Of a DNA stretch of 64,000 nt, positions 48,136-64,000 are shown in pieces (the first letter of the stretch is position 1; each line of letters opens with the position of its first letter). Source of the DNA: Folioceros fuciformis (lineage: Eukaryota); NCBI GenBank assembly GCA_049999805.1, contig JBNGIO010005877.1, positions 1-64,000 of the forward strand, written 5' to 3'. Both the position numbers and the translations under genes were made by a program. Below the pieces are notes generated by a model. The model made no database searches. It was not told where the DNA came from and saw nothing but the letters and a program-made list of their open reading frames with translations.

Positions 48136-49185
48136 TTATTGCGGGCATGTAGTTCCACATCACAACCAATCAAATATGAGTGGTTGTGTGTAGTCCCACA
48201 TCATAATAGATAAAAGATGAGTAGCTTAAATGTGAGTTGTAGTGATTATTCTCTATTATTGGAAAAGAGATTGAAAGTCTCATCTACTCCATAGATAAGA
48301 GGAACAATTGGAGCAAGGCCAAAGGCCAAAAAGGGTACCAGCCGTTATCAACATCATTCTTAAAAAAACAACCTTCTACTCCCAAAATGTGAAATAATAA
48401 AAGGTCTATGTACCATCGGTGTCGAATGCCGAAGAAGTCGCTTGACCTGCGCTTGTTGTTGTTCTACAAAACCCTGCCGGGAGAATATTAATGGACAAAG
48501 GTATGTGGTAGAAGGGTGCAATATTGAAAAGTTGAAATCCTCTTAGGTATTTCATGAAAGAATTGTTTATGCTAATCGCAATGCACATGGTACGGAAGAG
48601 ATGTTTATGCCAATTACAACATACATACAAATTCCATACTAAGGAAACAAGTTATGGAAGTTTGATCGCCAAATGCAACATAAGTATATGGTGTCCTCTC
48701 CATAGTAAGTGTAGGGTGAGGAAACTACCTTAAAATCTTGCTTTTAGAAGAGTTTAAACACCTTGTATTATTTAAACCCAACAATCGCTTATGTGTAGTG
48801 CTTTTATGGCAATAAAGTGGTCATGGTCTTCACAAAACCATGACCACTAGAAAATCTTCTAAAACCAAACAATTGCTTTTAGAGAATCTCTAGATTCCCT
48901 GCAAGCATTTGCTCATTTTCCATACAAAAAAAATTCTCCTATTTGTTCACTTTGATGTTTGGGAAAGACAGGCTTCTATAATAGAGACAATGGATATGCT
49001 GTAATCATGAAACCCTAACCCCAAACCATAAAAAGAAAACGTCTATTACACACAACACAACAATTACAGTGCACCAAAGAAGATAGAAGAGAAGGCTCTT
49101 GTTTTTAGTATTTCTCACTACTTCTTTAAGGTTTAGGTTATGAGGAGAAAGATAAGAACTAATAAAGATAAGCTCATATTCAGAC

Positions 49186-49285
49186 NNNNNNNNNNNNNNN
49201 NNNNNNNNNNNNNNNNNNNNNNNNNNNNNNNNNNNNNNNNNNNNNNNNNNNNNNNNNNNNNNNNNNNNNNNNNNNNNNNNNNNNN
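49186..49285. other. Assembly gap (100 N)
   Basis: Run of N, with CTCATATTCAGAC on both sides. Confidence 0.99.
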
Positions 49286-50347
49286 CTCATATTCAGACTA
49301 TGCAAAAAGGATTGAAAATAACAAAAGAAATCTTTAAAAATAAAATAAAATATCAAAATCTAAGAATAATAATAAAAAAACTAAAATGTTTGGAGGGAGT
49401 GATGTACACTTGTATGGCATACCAAATTGAATAGAGGAGAGGCTTGACTATTGAACAGTTTTCACCTGGGGTATCTACGGGTAGGTACACCACGAGATGA
49501 CTTTTTTGCATGTATCCAATTTGAGCATCACCCCGAAGCTAACACTTTTGCCATACTAGACACTGAAAATGAAAATTGAGGGTGACTGCACTAAGGGTGG
49601 AGAAGAGGCATGAGACAGTAGGTGGAGTGGAGGAAACTCGAAGCGTCTACCATGTAGCCCCAACCTAAATAGGGGAACCCTAAACCTGAGGTCGGAACCC
49701 CCCAGTGCCTCCATCCACCACCAAGGCCCAACCGTAAACCTAAACCTTAAACCGAAGTGACCTCCCTAGATCTAAATCATGAGCATGCATGGTGTTGAAA
49801 CAATAACCATGCATGGTGCTGAAAACAATGAGGATCGGGCCTAATCTGAAGGCATAATAGCAAGTGTGGATTTTTATCTTCAAGAGTTAAACATTTGTAT
49901 CCAAACCCATAGAAACCTTTTTGCCAGACCCCCCTCTCTCGGCTTTGGTATGCCATTCACTTCCTCGTACCCAAGTACCTCAAGAAAGCCCCTTTTTTCT
50001 TAAAAACTTGGCTCCAAAGGGTCTTTTTCTAAAAACTAATGGCTTTAAGCCTCCAACTGGAAAAAAGGGCAAAGAGAATCTTAGGTCTTGACAAATTGTT
50101 TAAATTTATTTAAAGAAAAATATAACTTTTTACCCCTTGAACTAAAAAATGTATTTCATTGTGTATTATACTTTATACTTGGAAACCTAAAGAATAAGAG
50201 CACGATTCTACTCTGCAGTGTGCCTTCGCACTAGCGGAGCTTATGAGTATTTAGCCTCGGGGTGACAGCTCCCAGGCAAGGCGAACTCTGCAGGAAAAAA
50301 ATCTGTTCAAATTCCAATACTCATTACATCACTGTTGGCAAATGACT

Positions 50348-53300
50348 TCAAGGTTTCGCATGAAGTAAGATTGCCGAGAATGGTGCCATGTTGTAATCAG
50401 CTTCCAGTCCACAGACGCCGCTTTCAACGAAATCCGCTGGTGGGGCAAGGTTCGTATCGACCTACGCAGAAACACGCTCTCTGAAATTTTCACATAAGAG
50501 CCCTGCAACGCAACGAAGCACGGCCTGACATAAATCACTGTCGCTTACCACCCTGTACCATCGCGTTCCAGGCGGTGCTGTAGGCAAAATTGTCTTCACA
50601 AAATACGAGTGCGCGTTGAAGGCCACGAAAATATCACCTCCTCCAAGACTGCCTTCGTGCAACCTGTCAGGACCAAAGTAGAAATAGCACTTTGAGAAGG
50701 CAGCTACGCCCTCAATATTCCATGGCAATGCAAGCTAGATCAGATTCAGAAGTTTCAAATAGAGTGGTATACGTGAAGGCTAAAAATCGGCTCTCCTGAT
50801 TGTCCCAATTTGTCTCGTGCCATGTTATGTTAGCCTACAAAAGCACAGTACCGCCAGCTTAGGCACTCAAATCGTATTCAGACCACAGTTTCCGTAAAGT
50901 AAATTAGCATGACTTTCTATCAGAGTAACTACAGAGTCCATCACCAGTAAGGGCCCCCACATCTGTCAAAAAACAATCTCGACCAAGCAGAGGATGTCGT
51001 CGCCTAAACTTGATAGATTCTGAAAAGAAACGAAACTGTTCACTCTTCGTGTCCTTCAACTGCAGAAAGAACCAGAAGTGAGCTATGAAGATTGAAGTCC
51101 TTCAAACCCACAGACTACTGAGCTGGCTGGTCATGCTATCAGTAATGTCCAAACCGACTACTGTCACAGGAGAAACCTTTGACCACTGAAAGTGATTGAT
51201 TGCTGTATCATGGCCATAGCTGTTGTTGTTTCCATGCCGTGTGTGCCCATACTCATCCCCCATGAGCATCATAGGTACTCCCTAACGACCACAACAACCT
51301 CACAGTTTTATGACTTCAAGCTCTGTACAATCAGTCTCGTTACATCTCCAATACCAGATCAAAAACCAATCCAGCCGAAGGCCACCGTAGTTTCAAGCAA
51401 AGAAAACCTGGGAGACCATCAATGCCAACTGAAAATTCTTCATCTGCCGCCCCCTGAGAGCGTTTACATCTGGATCGCTCGTGTCACCTACAAACGCGAA
51501 AAAGGTGTTACAGCTGCGTCACAATGCTATTATACTAGAGTCAAGAGAATGGATTAGCTAAAGACAAAGTCACTATAATATGTCACTAGTAACTCGGCCG
51601 GACGACGACATTTCTTTTGCTACCTTCAGCACCACAATTCCAGCTGAAATTGTCATTGCTGCCATCCTTCCCTCCTTCGCCATTGGCATCATTATGCTGC
51701 AAACATAACATGGTCGCATATTACGACCGACAAAAACCTTGGACCTTCCATAAGGAATCATAACACGCATGGTCACGAGCTCAACAGCAACAACTTTGGC
51801 TAAGCAAACGAGCACCTTCTTGTTGTAAGCAGCTAGGTCGTAAAGGGAAAAGCCATCATGTGCGACTATGAAATTGATGCTATGATATGGTGCTCTATTG
51901 TTTTTCTGCAACCGACAGGATAAAATCACCGACGGTAATCCCTCCTGGAATCGTACTCAAAAGCCCTTGATCTCCGTGGTACGACAAAGAAAAGCCCGGA
52001 GTTGCATACAAGACTACAGTTGAATTTTCAAATCGCATATGCACACTTAGGACATACTTGATAGAGATCTGCAGATCCTGAAAGACGGGTTGCAAATCCA
52101 CTTTTCATCCCTTGATCACCCTGTTAATACACCATCAGTCTCTAAGAAAAACGGCTCATGTTGGATTTCAAAAGGCGGTGCGCAGAAGACTAACCTTGAT
52201 GAACTTCCGCACGTCATCTCGATATTTACCGTTCCATTCAGACCACCTTTGGATGAGAAGAACAATTCAGTAAGACTCCCCAAAGAGGCTGTTGCTCGAT
52301 CAGGTCCAGGCAATCATCAATACCTGTCCCAGTTTGGGAAACTCCCAACTTGGTAAAGACCACCACAATCCCAAGGTTCAGCAATAAGCTTACATCTTGA
52401 TAGGACGGGATCCTTTGCAATCGCCTGCAGTTTGAAAAGTTAGTGGAAGCGTTCTTCAGATACAGGAAGCTGACAACTGTTATTAAACTTTAGGTTGCAA
52501 CAAGTAGGAATGCTAGATGAGGTCACACAGGGTTCCTACACGAATCACGGGAGGAGCTGCCAACGGAGAACCATCAGTTCCCCTGCATAATATACTTGCA
52601 AGGTCGAACCGAAAGCCATCTACATGATATTCAGTAACCCTATTTGAAGAGAAAACAAGGTTGTCACGGAACAGCTTTCGAATGCCAAAACCCAGCCTTA
52701 AAACACTCAAGCAAAGCAAAAATTGGACCACAAAGCTGTGCAATTTGTAATGCATTGACCACCTGAGGGGAAAAAGAATCTCAAAAAGCATCACTCAACT
52801 ATGAATGGTCTTACCAGTGTCTGAGGCTGTCCAAGACAAGTTCCATGACCACAGGATGATTGCAATTGAGAGTGTTTCCTGCATTTATATCAATTCCCAG
52901 CAGTCTTATGTCAAACATGCACAGTGAGATTCAGAAGTCTGTAACACTACAAGGTGCAGCAAAAACACGATCGCGAGCTAAGAGGAAACAGCACCACAGC
53001 CAGAGAAGTTCTGAAGTTGCACATAGCTAGTTGTGTCCACGATGTAGTATACCTGCCGTATGTTCAGCAGCAATATTTTATCTGCTTTAGACATGCAGTC
53101 ATTTAACTCGTCCAACGATGTAAATGCTGGCAATAGTTCTATGCCGGTGTGTAACCATACCAGGTTATCAATGCCACGGAATGAAGTTGTGAAAGGAAAC
53201 TCATCATCGGCTTCATTGGTATGGTTGTACACAACATCAAGGATCACCTTCACACAGGCGACCATGTCAGCTTTACAAACTTTCACCATAAATTGATGAA

Positions 53301-55936
53301 ATTTCAAGAGGATGAATGCTTACGCCCTCTCACGTGTCAGTGGACACAAAAGCACTTGGTACCTCAATCCCAGCAGTATGGAACGCTTTGACCATCTCCT
53401 TAAACTCTTTAGCTGCTGCTAACGGTCCGCCTCCTTTGCTTGCATACCGACTCATGGGTGCAAAGAAATTAATGGTCGAGTAACCCCAGGTATTGACCTG
53501 TACAAGATTAAAGTTCCCGTAAAAAAAAATCTCAAAAGCTGCTTTCCAGTGTTCCAATTTATGCAAGAACCATACCATGTGTTCCCTTGGATTTGGGCGC
53601 CTTTGAAACTCCAGTTCATCAAATTCAAAAACGGGCAGAAGCTCCACTGCATTCACACCCAACTCAACCAAGTGGGGAATCTGAAAAGTCCACCCACACA
53701 AAAAAGTACCACTGCTAAGAAACACCTTAAACCACGGAATACCAGGTGACACGATCATTGAACTTGAACACGAATCCAAACCAACCTTCTCGATCACACC
53801 GAGGTAGCTGCCTCGAACAGAGGAATCAAGTCCAGAGGACTCATCCATGGTGAAGGCTCGAACATTCATCTCATATACGACCAGGTCTTTCTGTCCTCCA
53901 TTCCCACAAAACCACGGGAGCCATGACGCATCAGGGCTTAATCTGTAACATCAAGCTGAATTGGACAGTACTGGACAGTTTGGTACAGACAATTTCTGTA
54001 ACCAACTCTGCCAAGAAGCTGTTCAATACCTCAGCTAGGGCAGGTAGCTGATAGTCCTTCCCCCAATCAAAAGGATCACTGGAGAAATCGTAGGTGCCAA
54101 GAAATTGTGTTTTTCTATGCTTCACATCTCCAAAAATCAGGCGACCATTAATATGCTTTGCATAGGGGTCCAGTAATATATTCTTCTTATCGAAGCGGTG
54201 TCCCTTTTCCCATCCTTGTGGACCATCCACACGATATCCATAGGAGACGCCAGTCACTGGCAGATTCTGTTCCACCAGAAATTTTCCAGAGATCAGTCTA
54301 CCCAGTCAGCTTACTCCATAAGCTGTCAAATGCAATCAATTTTAACTACGAGATGTAAGCTTCCCAGGGCCCAAACGAAACAAAGAAGCAATACCCACCA
54401 AGCTCACCCCATAAGGTCAGCTGCACGTTCCCATACCTCTACACAAGCGTGCCAGACATTCCCAGTCCTTTGCTTGAGCGGATCCAAAACAAATTCTTGT
54501 CCCGGAACATCGGAGTTGTTGGGGTCCAGAAATCTGTGGACAACAACAAAATTTCAAGTCCTGCCTTGAGATTAACTGACCATTACAACGAACTCCACCC
54601 CAAATCTGCCTATAACCATAGCCTTCAAAGAAGACGCCACTGACACCAGCGAAAACCTCAGAGCGATTCCCTGTCCTCCACTGAAAACTGTTCTAGACAG
54701 GGAACAATAAGGCCTTACAAACAGAGAGTGACAGCTGTCGCATGCTGAGAGAAGAGAGCAAAGTTGACCCCATTTTCCACTTTGGAAGCACCAAGAGGGG
54801 AGGCCTTGCCTGAGGTTACTTTGAAGCTTTTCTGATTTGAAGTCACAACCGGATAGCCTGCCTGCATGATAAAATATATCTACAAAATAAGGAAGCTGAG
54901 AGGACCCTGTCCACAAGTTGCACACGGCACTAAGCAGGGAGGTTGTTGCTCCGCCTAAGAGTTAAGGCATGCAAACAACCTGCTGAACGGCGGCACCCAC
55001 ACCCGACAAAAGCTCCGCACGCCCCTGCCATAAGAAAACTTACATTCATTTCGTCCAGACACTAGCGAGCCCACGATTATGCATAGAGGAACCTGGGCTG
55101 TGGCTTCCACCAGTACAGTTATTTACCTCGGACCTTCTGAGCACTATCCTCTCATACATAATCCCACAGAGCCTCCTTTGATCATCTAAAGGCCTCGTGA
55201 GAGGACGGCCGACCTCCTGATTCCAGGACAAGCTCAGAGGGCGCATATGTGAAGCTGCCTCCGCAAAGCGAGTAGCAATGCGAGACCCAAACCGACAGTA
55301 TTAACCCTTCAGCTGGTGAGCTCGACGGGCAATCTAGACATACCATGATGGAGCAGGTTGGTCCTTCGCAGATCTGATGCAATTCAATCCAACGAGATGG
55401 GCGCCTGATAGGCGTCGTTGCATGTAGCCTGCAAGGACACATTCATAATGAATAGTAATAGTAATGGCGTATTAAACCGATAACTCATCATACTGAGTGG
55501 ATCGAATATGGAACTTTCCCTAATGCGTGACTTTGTTCGAAATTTAACTCTGGTTAGAACATGCACTTGTTGCCACTAGTCCTCACCTCCCGATGCGAGA
55601 TGTCGCAGCTGCCGTCTTGAAGCACGAGGCGCTCAAATACAACAAATGGTGGCGGCAGGAAGGCCGGGGTCGTGTGCTTTGGGACACCGGCTTCGTAGCA
55701 AAGCAAATCACCGGCGGGTGCGCCAGGAAGCTTTTTCCAGGCAAACTCACAGGTCGTCCATTCCGCGGGCCCCTAGCGAAGCCTGGCCCCAACACGGGCA
55801 ACTCCATGAGAGCCGCTTCTGCGGCCACCGGATTGTTCTTTGAAACAGCTGGCGGGCGTCCTCGATCAAATCTGGCACAGCCCTCGCAGAAAGCAGCAAC
55901 CAGCGCTGCTGCGGCTTCGGTAAAGCTTAAGGTCAT
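50348..55936 (-). CDS. ISA3: Isoamylase 3 (starch debranching enzyme, GH13), many exons
   Basis: [78 protein letters not shown]...[24 protein letters not shown]. Ends ILLHAKP*. The 5' exons and start are approximate. Confidence 0.93.
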
Positions 55937-55980
55937 AACAGATGCTTGAACGAGCGAAGGTGACCGATGTTGAGTTAATT

Positions 55981-55989
55981 TTAGGGTTT
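55981..55989 (-). promoter_or_regulatory. Telo-box (AAACCCTAA) in the ISA3/cyclin T divergent promoter
   Basis: TTAGGGTTT on the + strand between two divergent start codons. Confidence 0.4.
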
Positions 55990-56171
55990 CTGGAGTCCGG
56001 AAGAACGCGGCCGAGACAACGAGTTCTCTTTGGCAAGGCTTTGCCGCTGAGACCACCTGCCGTTGATACAGACCGGTTGGTCATCTGGGTGCCGGCGGCT
56101 GTGCTGCAGCAGGCAACGGAGTGGAGCGGGGAAGGCAGGGTGCTAGGTTTTGCGGAGACTTGGGCGTTTCT

Positions 56172-58703
56172 ATGGCTGGAATACTGGCAGGGGACGCATC
56201 AACAGCTGGAGGGGGCTCGGCTATTACTTCTGGCAAGTTGGAGGAACCTGACCACTCCAGCTCCAACTGGTATTTCGCGAGGGAGGAGATCGAGCGCCAT
56301 TCTCCCTCCCGGAAGGACAGCATCGACCTGAAGAAGGAGACCTATTTCCGGAAGTCCTACTGCACCTTTTTGCAGGATCTTGGCATGCGCCTGAAAGTGT
56401 GAGTATTCCCTTGCCCTTGTGGCTCTGTTGTTAAGCGCTAGGTATTAGGCCTATGTGATGGTAGGCGTGTCGGTGCACCTGAGAAACCATGGTTTTATCT
56501 GGAGCAATCTGGTTTGGTGCAGGCCTCAAGTTACTATCGCAACTGCGATAGTTTTCTGTCACCGCTTTTTCCTCCGGCAGTCACATCTCAAGAACGATAG
56601 ACTTGTGAGTACTCATCAAGTCGATGAGAGGGCTCCGTCTGTGAGAAGGGCGGTTTCCATTCCTTTTTCACTTCCGCCCTATCCCTCTCATCTAGTACGG
56701 TGTTTACTTGGCGGCTCACGCCGATGGATCGTTTTCTTGCAGACGATTGCTACTATCTGCATGTTTCTGGCTGGCAAAGTTGAAGAAACCCCTCGTGGGC
56801 TCGTGGATGTTATTCTTATGAGCTACGAGATACGATTCAAGAAAGATTCGGCAGCTATCCAGCGGGTGAAATCAAAGCGCCAGGTGAGCGACGGCCTCGG
56901 CCTTTGTGCGGCTAGAAGGGCTACTTAAGGTTATCCTTTGTTGTTGTGGAATCCAAACATGTGGTTAAGCGAAGGCGCTTCTTGCAGGAGGTGATTGAGG
57001 AGCAAAAGGAGCTTGTGCTTGTTGGTGAGCGCCTTGTATTAACAACTCTGGGTTTTGACCTCAATATTCATCATCCATATAAGCCACTTGTGGCTGCAAT
57101 TAAGAAGTTCAAAGTGGCTCAGAATGCTCTAGCCCAAGTGGCCTGGAACTTCGTGAATGATGGGTAAGTTCACGCGTAGTGTCTAAACAGCTCAAAGCTG
57201 CTTATTCAGGTGTTTCATTGGCCAAAGGCGTGTTTTACGGCGTTTATCGTGGTATTCAATGAATGAAGCAATGGAAGGGGGTGTGCAGGCTGCGCACGTC
57301 ACTTTGCTTGCAATTCAAACCTCATCACATTGCAGCTGGGGCTATCTTCCTTGCGGCTAAGTTTCTCAAGGTTAAGCTGCCCTCTGATGGTGAAAAGGTT
57401 TGGTGGCAAGAGTTCGAGGTCACTCCAAGGCAGTTGGAAGGTGACCATCATATCAGTACGTGATTCGTGACACCCCTGATTAGTTGTCGTTTCAGTGGTT
57501 CTTATCAACCCTTGTTGTGTTGAATTTGCAGAAGTGAGTAACCAGATGCTGGAGCTCTACGAACAAAACAAAGCTGGTGGGATCGCTGGTCCTGGTGCTG
57601 GTTCAAAGAGTGATCCCAGTATCAGTGTAGGTATCACGAAGACAGGGCTTGCTACAGCATCACATGGCAGGATACACAAGGTGGAGGACGGCCCAGCAAC
57701 ATCACGAATGGACGACTATGAGGGTCACTCAGCACGCCACACTGTCGGCAGCACTAAAACAGGGCAGCTAGCTCCATCCCATGAAAGGATAATCAAGTCG
57801 GAGGAGGGCCCTGCTGCTTCGCGAATGGATGACTATGAGGGGCACTCAGGACGACATACTCCTGCTGCGAAATCCGACAAGCATGCTAATGGTGTGGCTG
57901 ATACTAAAATGGCGAATGGACATCATCCTGGCTCAAGACCAAGTGCAGCTGTCGATGCAGAGGATGGTGCAGCAAGTCCTCGAGGTGATGATGAGTATGA
58001 AGCTCATTCGGCACGGTACATCGGTTCGGTTTCCAATCCTGACAAGCAAAATAATGGTATCGCGGATGTGAAAATGGAGCCAGTTGACTGTGATCCAAGG
58101 CAAGCGTCTGGGAATGGGGAGTTGAAAGATGGAGAGAGACATGTCGATGGGGAGCTCAAGGTGAAGTCAGAACCAGTGTCGGTGAAACTTGAGGTTGTGG
58201 AAGAGGACAGGAAGTCGTGGGGAGGTTTGGAGGACAACAAGGACAAGGACAGTGAAAGGTCCAAGCACGATAGGCGTGGGAAAGCTAAATACCCTACTCA
58301 TAGAGTAGAACAGATGGATGCCCTTCCGGAGAGAGGGGAGGATGGTGAGCTTCCCACCACCAGTGCTCAGGAACCATCCCGATCACCGAGGCCTGCAGAG
58401 CGGAGATCTTCGATGACCACCTCAGCTGAAAGGAGTGCTAGCCCCTCATCTCAGAAACGGAGATGGGAGAGTCGTGAGCCTCACAGGGGCAGGGACGGTG
58501 GCAGCCACGACAAGTGGTCTGGAGGGACGAGCACCTATAGGCATGGCGGCCATAACAGGAACGATGGTCACTACCACCACTCGAACTCTTACCCGCATCA
58601 CCAATACCGGCAGGAAGGGGAAAGAGAGCAGCGGTACCATCCACGAGATAGGGATTGGGAGCGGGACCATAAAAAGCCTCGTCATGAGCACGGGCAGTAC
58701 TGA
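56172..58703 (+). CDS. CYCT1: Cyclin T1 (P-TEFb regulatory subunit)
   Basis: [91 protein letters not shown], then a long charged/His-rich tail. Confidence 0.95.
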
Positions 58704-59421
58704 AATTGTGCCTTGCAAGAAGCCTTATACCATATGAGTTGTATGTTGACTACTAAGGACGTAGGAAAATGCTGGATTTATTAGAAAGGGCTGTTCGCCA
58801 TTAATTTAAGGATATGGTTTCGGCCCGTTGAGATGTAAACCAGTCAGTTTTTGATGGCTGGAACATTCTTTAACAGTGGATCTGACGTCAGAGGAGTTAC
58901 ACGGCCCTTTGAGTGTCAAGCTGGCAGAATTGTTGCCGATCATATCATAGCTTTTGCAGGTATGTTTGTGGAGCAGTGAATGGCTGTGAGACGAGTTTTG
59001 CTTCATATAAATGAGTTTCACAGTATTGTTTGAATGACATGTTTTCCATTGCGAATATTATACAATAAAAGCTTTATCTAGTTTAGTTTGCTTAGAGTTG
59101 TTTACATGAGAACATTACCAAGCAATAACTGTGAACTCTGGTAAAGAGTTACACGCGTATTCAATTCTGATAGCACCACCACAGGTTACAGAAAACCAGG
59201 GTTAAATCGAAATTTCCAGGAACGAACAAGTTAACAGGACGAACTTCCATCGTCTCGGGGTGGCACAAATGATAAACAAATTTCCGAAAAATAGGCAAAA
59301 TATCTTGACCACCATCAAATTTCAGCTGATGGCTGTGAAGTACTAGTATACACATCCGGCGCTTCACGAGGATGAACAACACGCCCGGCGCTTCAAGAGG
59401 ATGAACTACAAAAATTGGACG

Positions 59422-61518
<2,097 letters not shown>

Positions 61519-61675
61519 TCAGCGGGCAATGCGAGCCGCAAACGCACACGACGCAAGCCGCTGACACCCCGCCAGGCTCGAACCAGCCACCACCAGAAAT
61601 TCAGATCTGGGAGCAGGGATCCAGAGGAGGACTCGAGGCCGGTGATTATAACACGGACCGCAGCCGCTGCAAGAC

Positions 61676-61775
61676 NNNNNNNNNNNNNNNNNNNNNNNNN
61701 NNNNNNNNNNNNNNNNNNNNNNNNNNNNNNNNNNNNNNNNNNNNNNNNNNNNNNNNNNNNNNNNNNNNNNNNNNN
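61676..61775. other. Assembly gap (100 N)
   Basis: Run of N. Confidence 0.99.
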
Positions 61776-63410
61776 CCGACAACTTGGTCGTAAAACGTGG
61801 CGCCAAATGCTAAACGCCCACGAGGCCGGGCAAACCGAGGAGGCCAAGAAAACTCTCCCTTTTTCGTTCTTTCCCTTCTCCCGGTCCGCTACAGTGGCAG
61901 CTACACGCAGACGCTACAGTCTGGAAGGCTTTTTTTCGTGGGCTGCGAAAATATACAGCCTGAATCTGGAGCGGGGGAAGCAGCACTGAGGCACTCGACT
62001 ACAGGGGCGAGTAGCAACAGGAGCAAGAATCGGGGCCGGGACGGAAGGAGATGAAGGAAGCGCACAGCAGTCGCAGCGCAGCAGATGTCAGTGCGAGACG
62101 AAGCCAAGGCAGCAAGAGCAGCAAAGGGCGGCGAAGTGGCGGCACCCCACACGCGCGAATGCGCGGGAGCTGCCAGCCGATGCGAGCATCAAACCCCGAG
62201 ATCCCACATACGCTCCATCTCGGCCTCTGCTTTCTCTTAGGGTTCGAGCTTCTGCCACTTGGACCCCGGGCCCTCCGGCATCAAATCTCTCAAACCCGAA
62301 GTACATACCACCCGCGTTGCGTCTTTTTTCCACGCTGCTCATACTTGCACCTACACAGCTGACACACGCTCTAAAAATCTTTCTCCTCCACCTCCTCCAC
62401 CTGCGTGTCGTCACCCCAGCGCAACCTCCCTGCCCTCTTTCCTCGTGTTACCATACACTTACCCATGCCCAACAACCAGCTTATTATCGGTACTCGGATT
62501 CCCTCCTTCGTTATTAGGTAGGAGGAGCACGACGTGTCTCGTCTCGCCTTAAGAGTGTTGTCCCACCATGATAAGAGAAGCTTTCCGGCTGCTGAAAGAC
62601 CAGCTACTCTGCCACATGTCCACCTGCGTTGTTGCTGGCCCACAGTACAGTTCAGCACTCTAGCGCTTTTGCTGGACGTAACCAGCAGAGCCAAGCTGAT
62701 TTTCCTTTCCTGCATAAGAGACCTCGAGCGCAAAAGCCCCTAACACGAGGAAGAGGCAAAAACAAAAACTGAACTTCTCAATCCGTTCCTTTCCCGCCCA
62801 CTTGTGTACATGTCAGGAGGGAGTGTCGGTGGGTTTCCGCGGCCCATCCGTGGAAGTGCGTGCGCACGGCAGTCTCGATGGAGCGTGACGTGTCGCCTCC
62901 GCCGTCGACGCTTCGTGGCTACCCCCCGAAGCTTGGGCGTCACGGAACCTGTGGGCAGTACAAATACGGACCGCCCATCACAGGATTGAGAGCAGAGAGC
63001 AGGAGCGTGGGCAGGACGACCGCAAGAGTTCTGTGAGGCTCTCAGCCTCTGCGGGTGCTGTGTGGGAAAGTCAACACACCCCCACCCAAACGCAAAAGTG
63101 TGCTCGAGAGTCGTGGAGCTCGGGGCACTTTTGCGTTTGGGTGCTGATGTGTTGATTTTCCCCAGCCTCCGGAACATAGCGGCATCCATCTTTCAGATTC
63201 GGACCTTTACACAGCATTTGCCTGGAGCGGATGAGGACTGGGTTCCCAATTCTTTCTCGCCGTGCTCTTGGGATTCAAGCAAGACTGGATGACCAAACTG
63301 CTGCTACGCAGCATTATGACTCACAACGCGACTTGATTCATCTACCATTGGAGGAGGGTGGCCTGTATACAGTCCCCTCTTCCGGAGTCCGGGAGAGATT
63401 TGAGAGCTAA

Positions 63411-64000
63411 TTAGTCCTTGGTCCTGATAATTGTCACTGACCCGGTGCCCTGAGTGTGGATGGTTCTCAGGCTCACCACCGACTTGCCGGAAAGGCCTAT
63501 GCCGGTTTCCGAGGGGTTGGGCCGGCTGGCTTCCTCGGCGAAGGGTGGAAAAGCTGGAACACCAGAGCGGGCCTTGGGAGTCGAAATCCTCTGATTTATG
63601 TCTTCCAATGTCACGTTGCCCTCCACTCCAGGAAGGGGTTTCACGACGTCGAACGGACAGAAGGGCAGGGGTGTCACTGGTTGTGGTTTGCGCGGAGTTG
63701 ATAGCTGGCTGCCTGCAGTGGCCACAAAAGCAGTGCAGTGTCTGCCACAGCTCAGAACAAGGTCTGGGAGGAATGGGTTGCTCCGTGTCACCACTTCACA
63801 AACTCACCAGGAGTTGACGGCCTGCTGGGAAAAGGTGTGCAAGGTCCTTGTCCAGCAATTTCTTCACGGACTGAACGCCCACGCCTTACCAGCATCTGCA
63901 AACCTGAAAAACAATGACCACAGTCTCACTCTCTTCATCACACATGAAGAGAGCAAAACCATCACCCCCACTAATATCCCTCTTCCTACCTGAGGATGCA
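63411..64000 (-). CDS. XRI1: XRI1-like protein, 3' part (gene continues beyond the window)
   Basis: PFDVVKPLPGVEGNVTLEDINQRI...GLSGKSVVSLRTIHTQGTGSVTIIRTKD*, the conserved XRI1-family C-terminus. Confidence 0.75.

Noticed and set aside
49173..49298. CTCATATTCAGAC on both sides of a 100-N gap
   Set aside because: Probably a scaffold overlap rather than a TSD.
59356..59410. 29-bp tandem duplication in the PECT1 3' UTR
   Set aside because: Two copies only; an ordinary local duplication.
61800..63350. GC-rich stretch with many short ORFs; possible ncRNA or miRNA precursor
   Set aside because: I found no conserved miRNA sequence, convincing hairpin or protein motif by eye.

Overview
Eukaryotic, gene-dense land-plant nuclear DNA with short (mostly ~80-120 nt) introns and four assembly gaps. 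The compact layout and WW-type PPR editing factors suggest a non-seed plant, most plausibly a hornwort (inference). About 17 protein genes can be read: a CCHC/KH RNA-binding protein, an SDR+quinone-oxidoreductase fusion (NQR-like, C-terminal SRL), four PLS-class PPR genes (a head-to-head WW-type pair with decayed DYW domains, one E+, one intact DYW), HGH1, an intron-containing lycopene beta-cyclase, an orphan repeat protein, ACBP, DNA polymerase lambda, an M50B-like peptidase, a PLAC8 protein, PsaD, a bacterial-type peroxiredoxin, isoamylase 3, cyclin T, PECT1 and the 3' end of an XRI1-like gene. An AT-rich ~10-kb island (about 40.1-50.2 kb) holds a decayed PIF/Harbinger transposon. Its transposase is split by a ~3.2-kb insert carrying host-gene fragments (spatacsin-like, F-box), a minisatellite and an inverted repeat. 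The most interesting items are the candidate horizontally acquired peroxiredoxin, the PPR pair with homogenised repeat arrays of different copy number, and the cargo-carrying split transposon. Family calls come from motif recognition by eye; no database searches were run.
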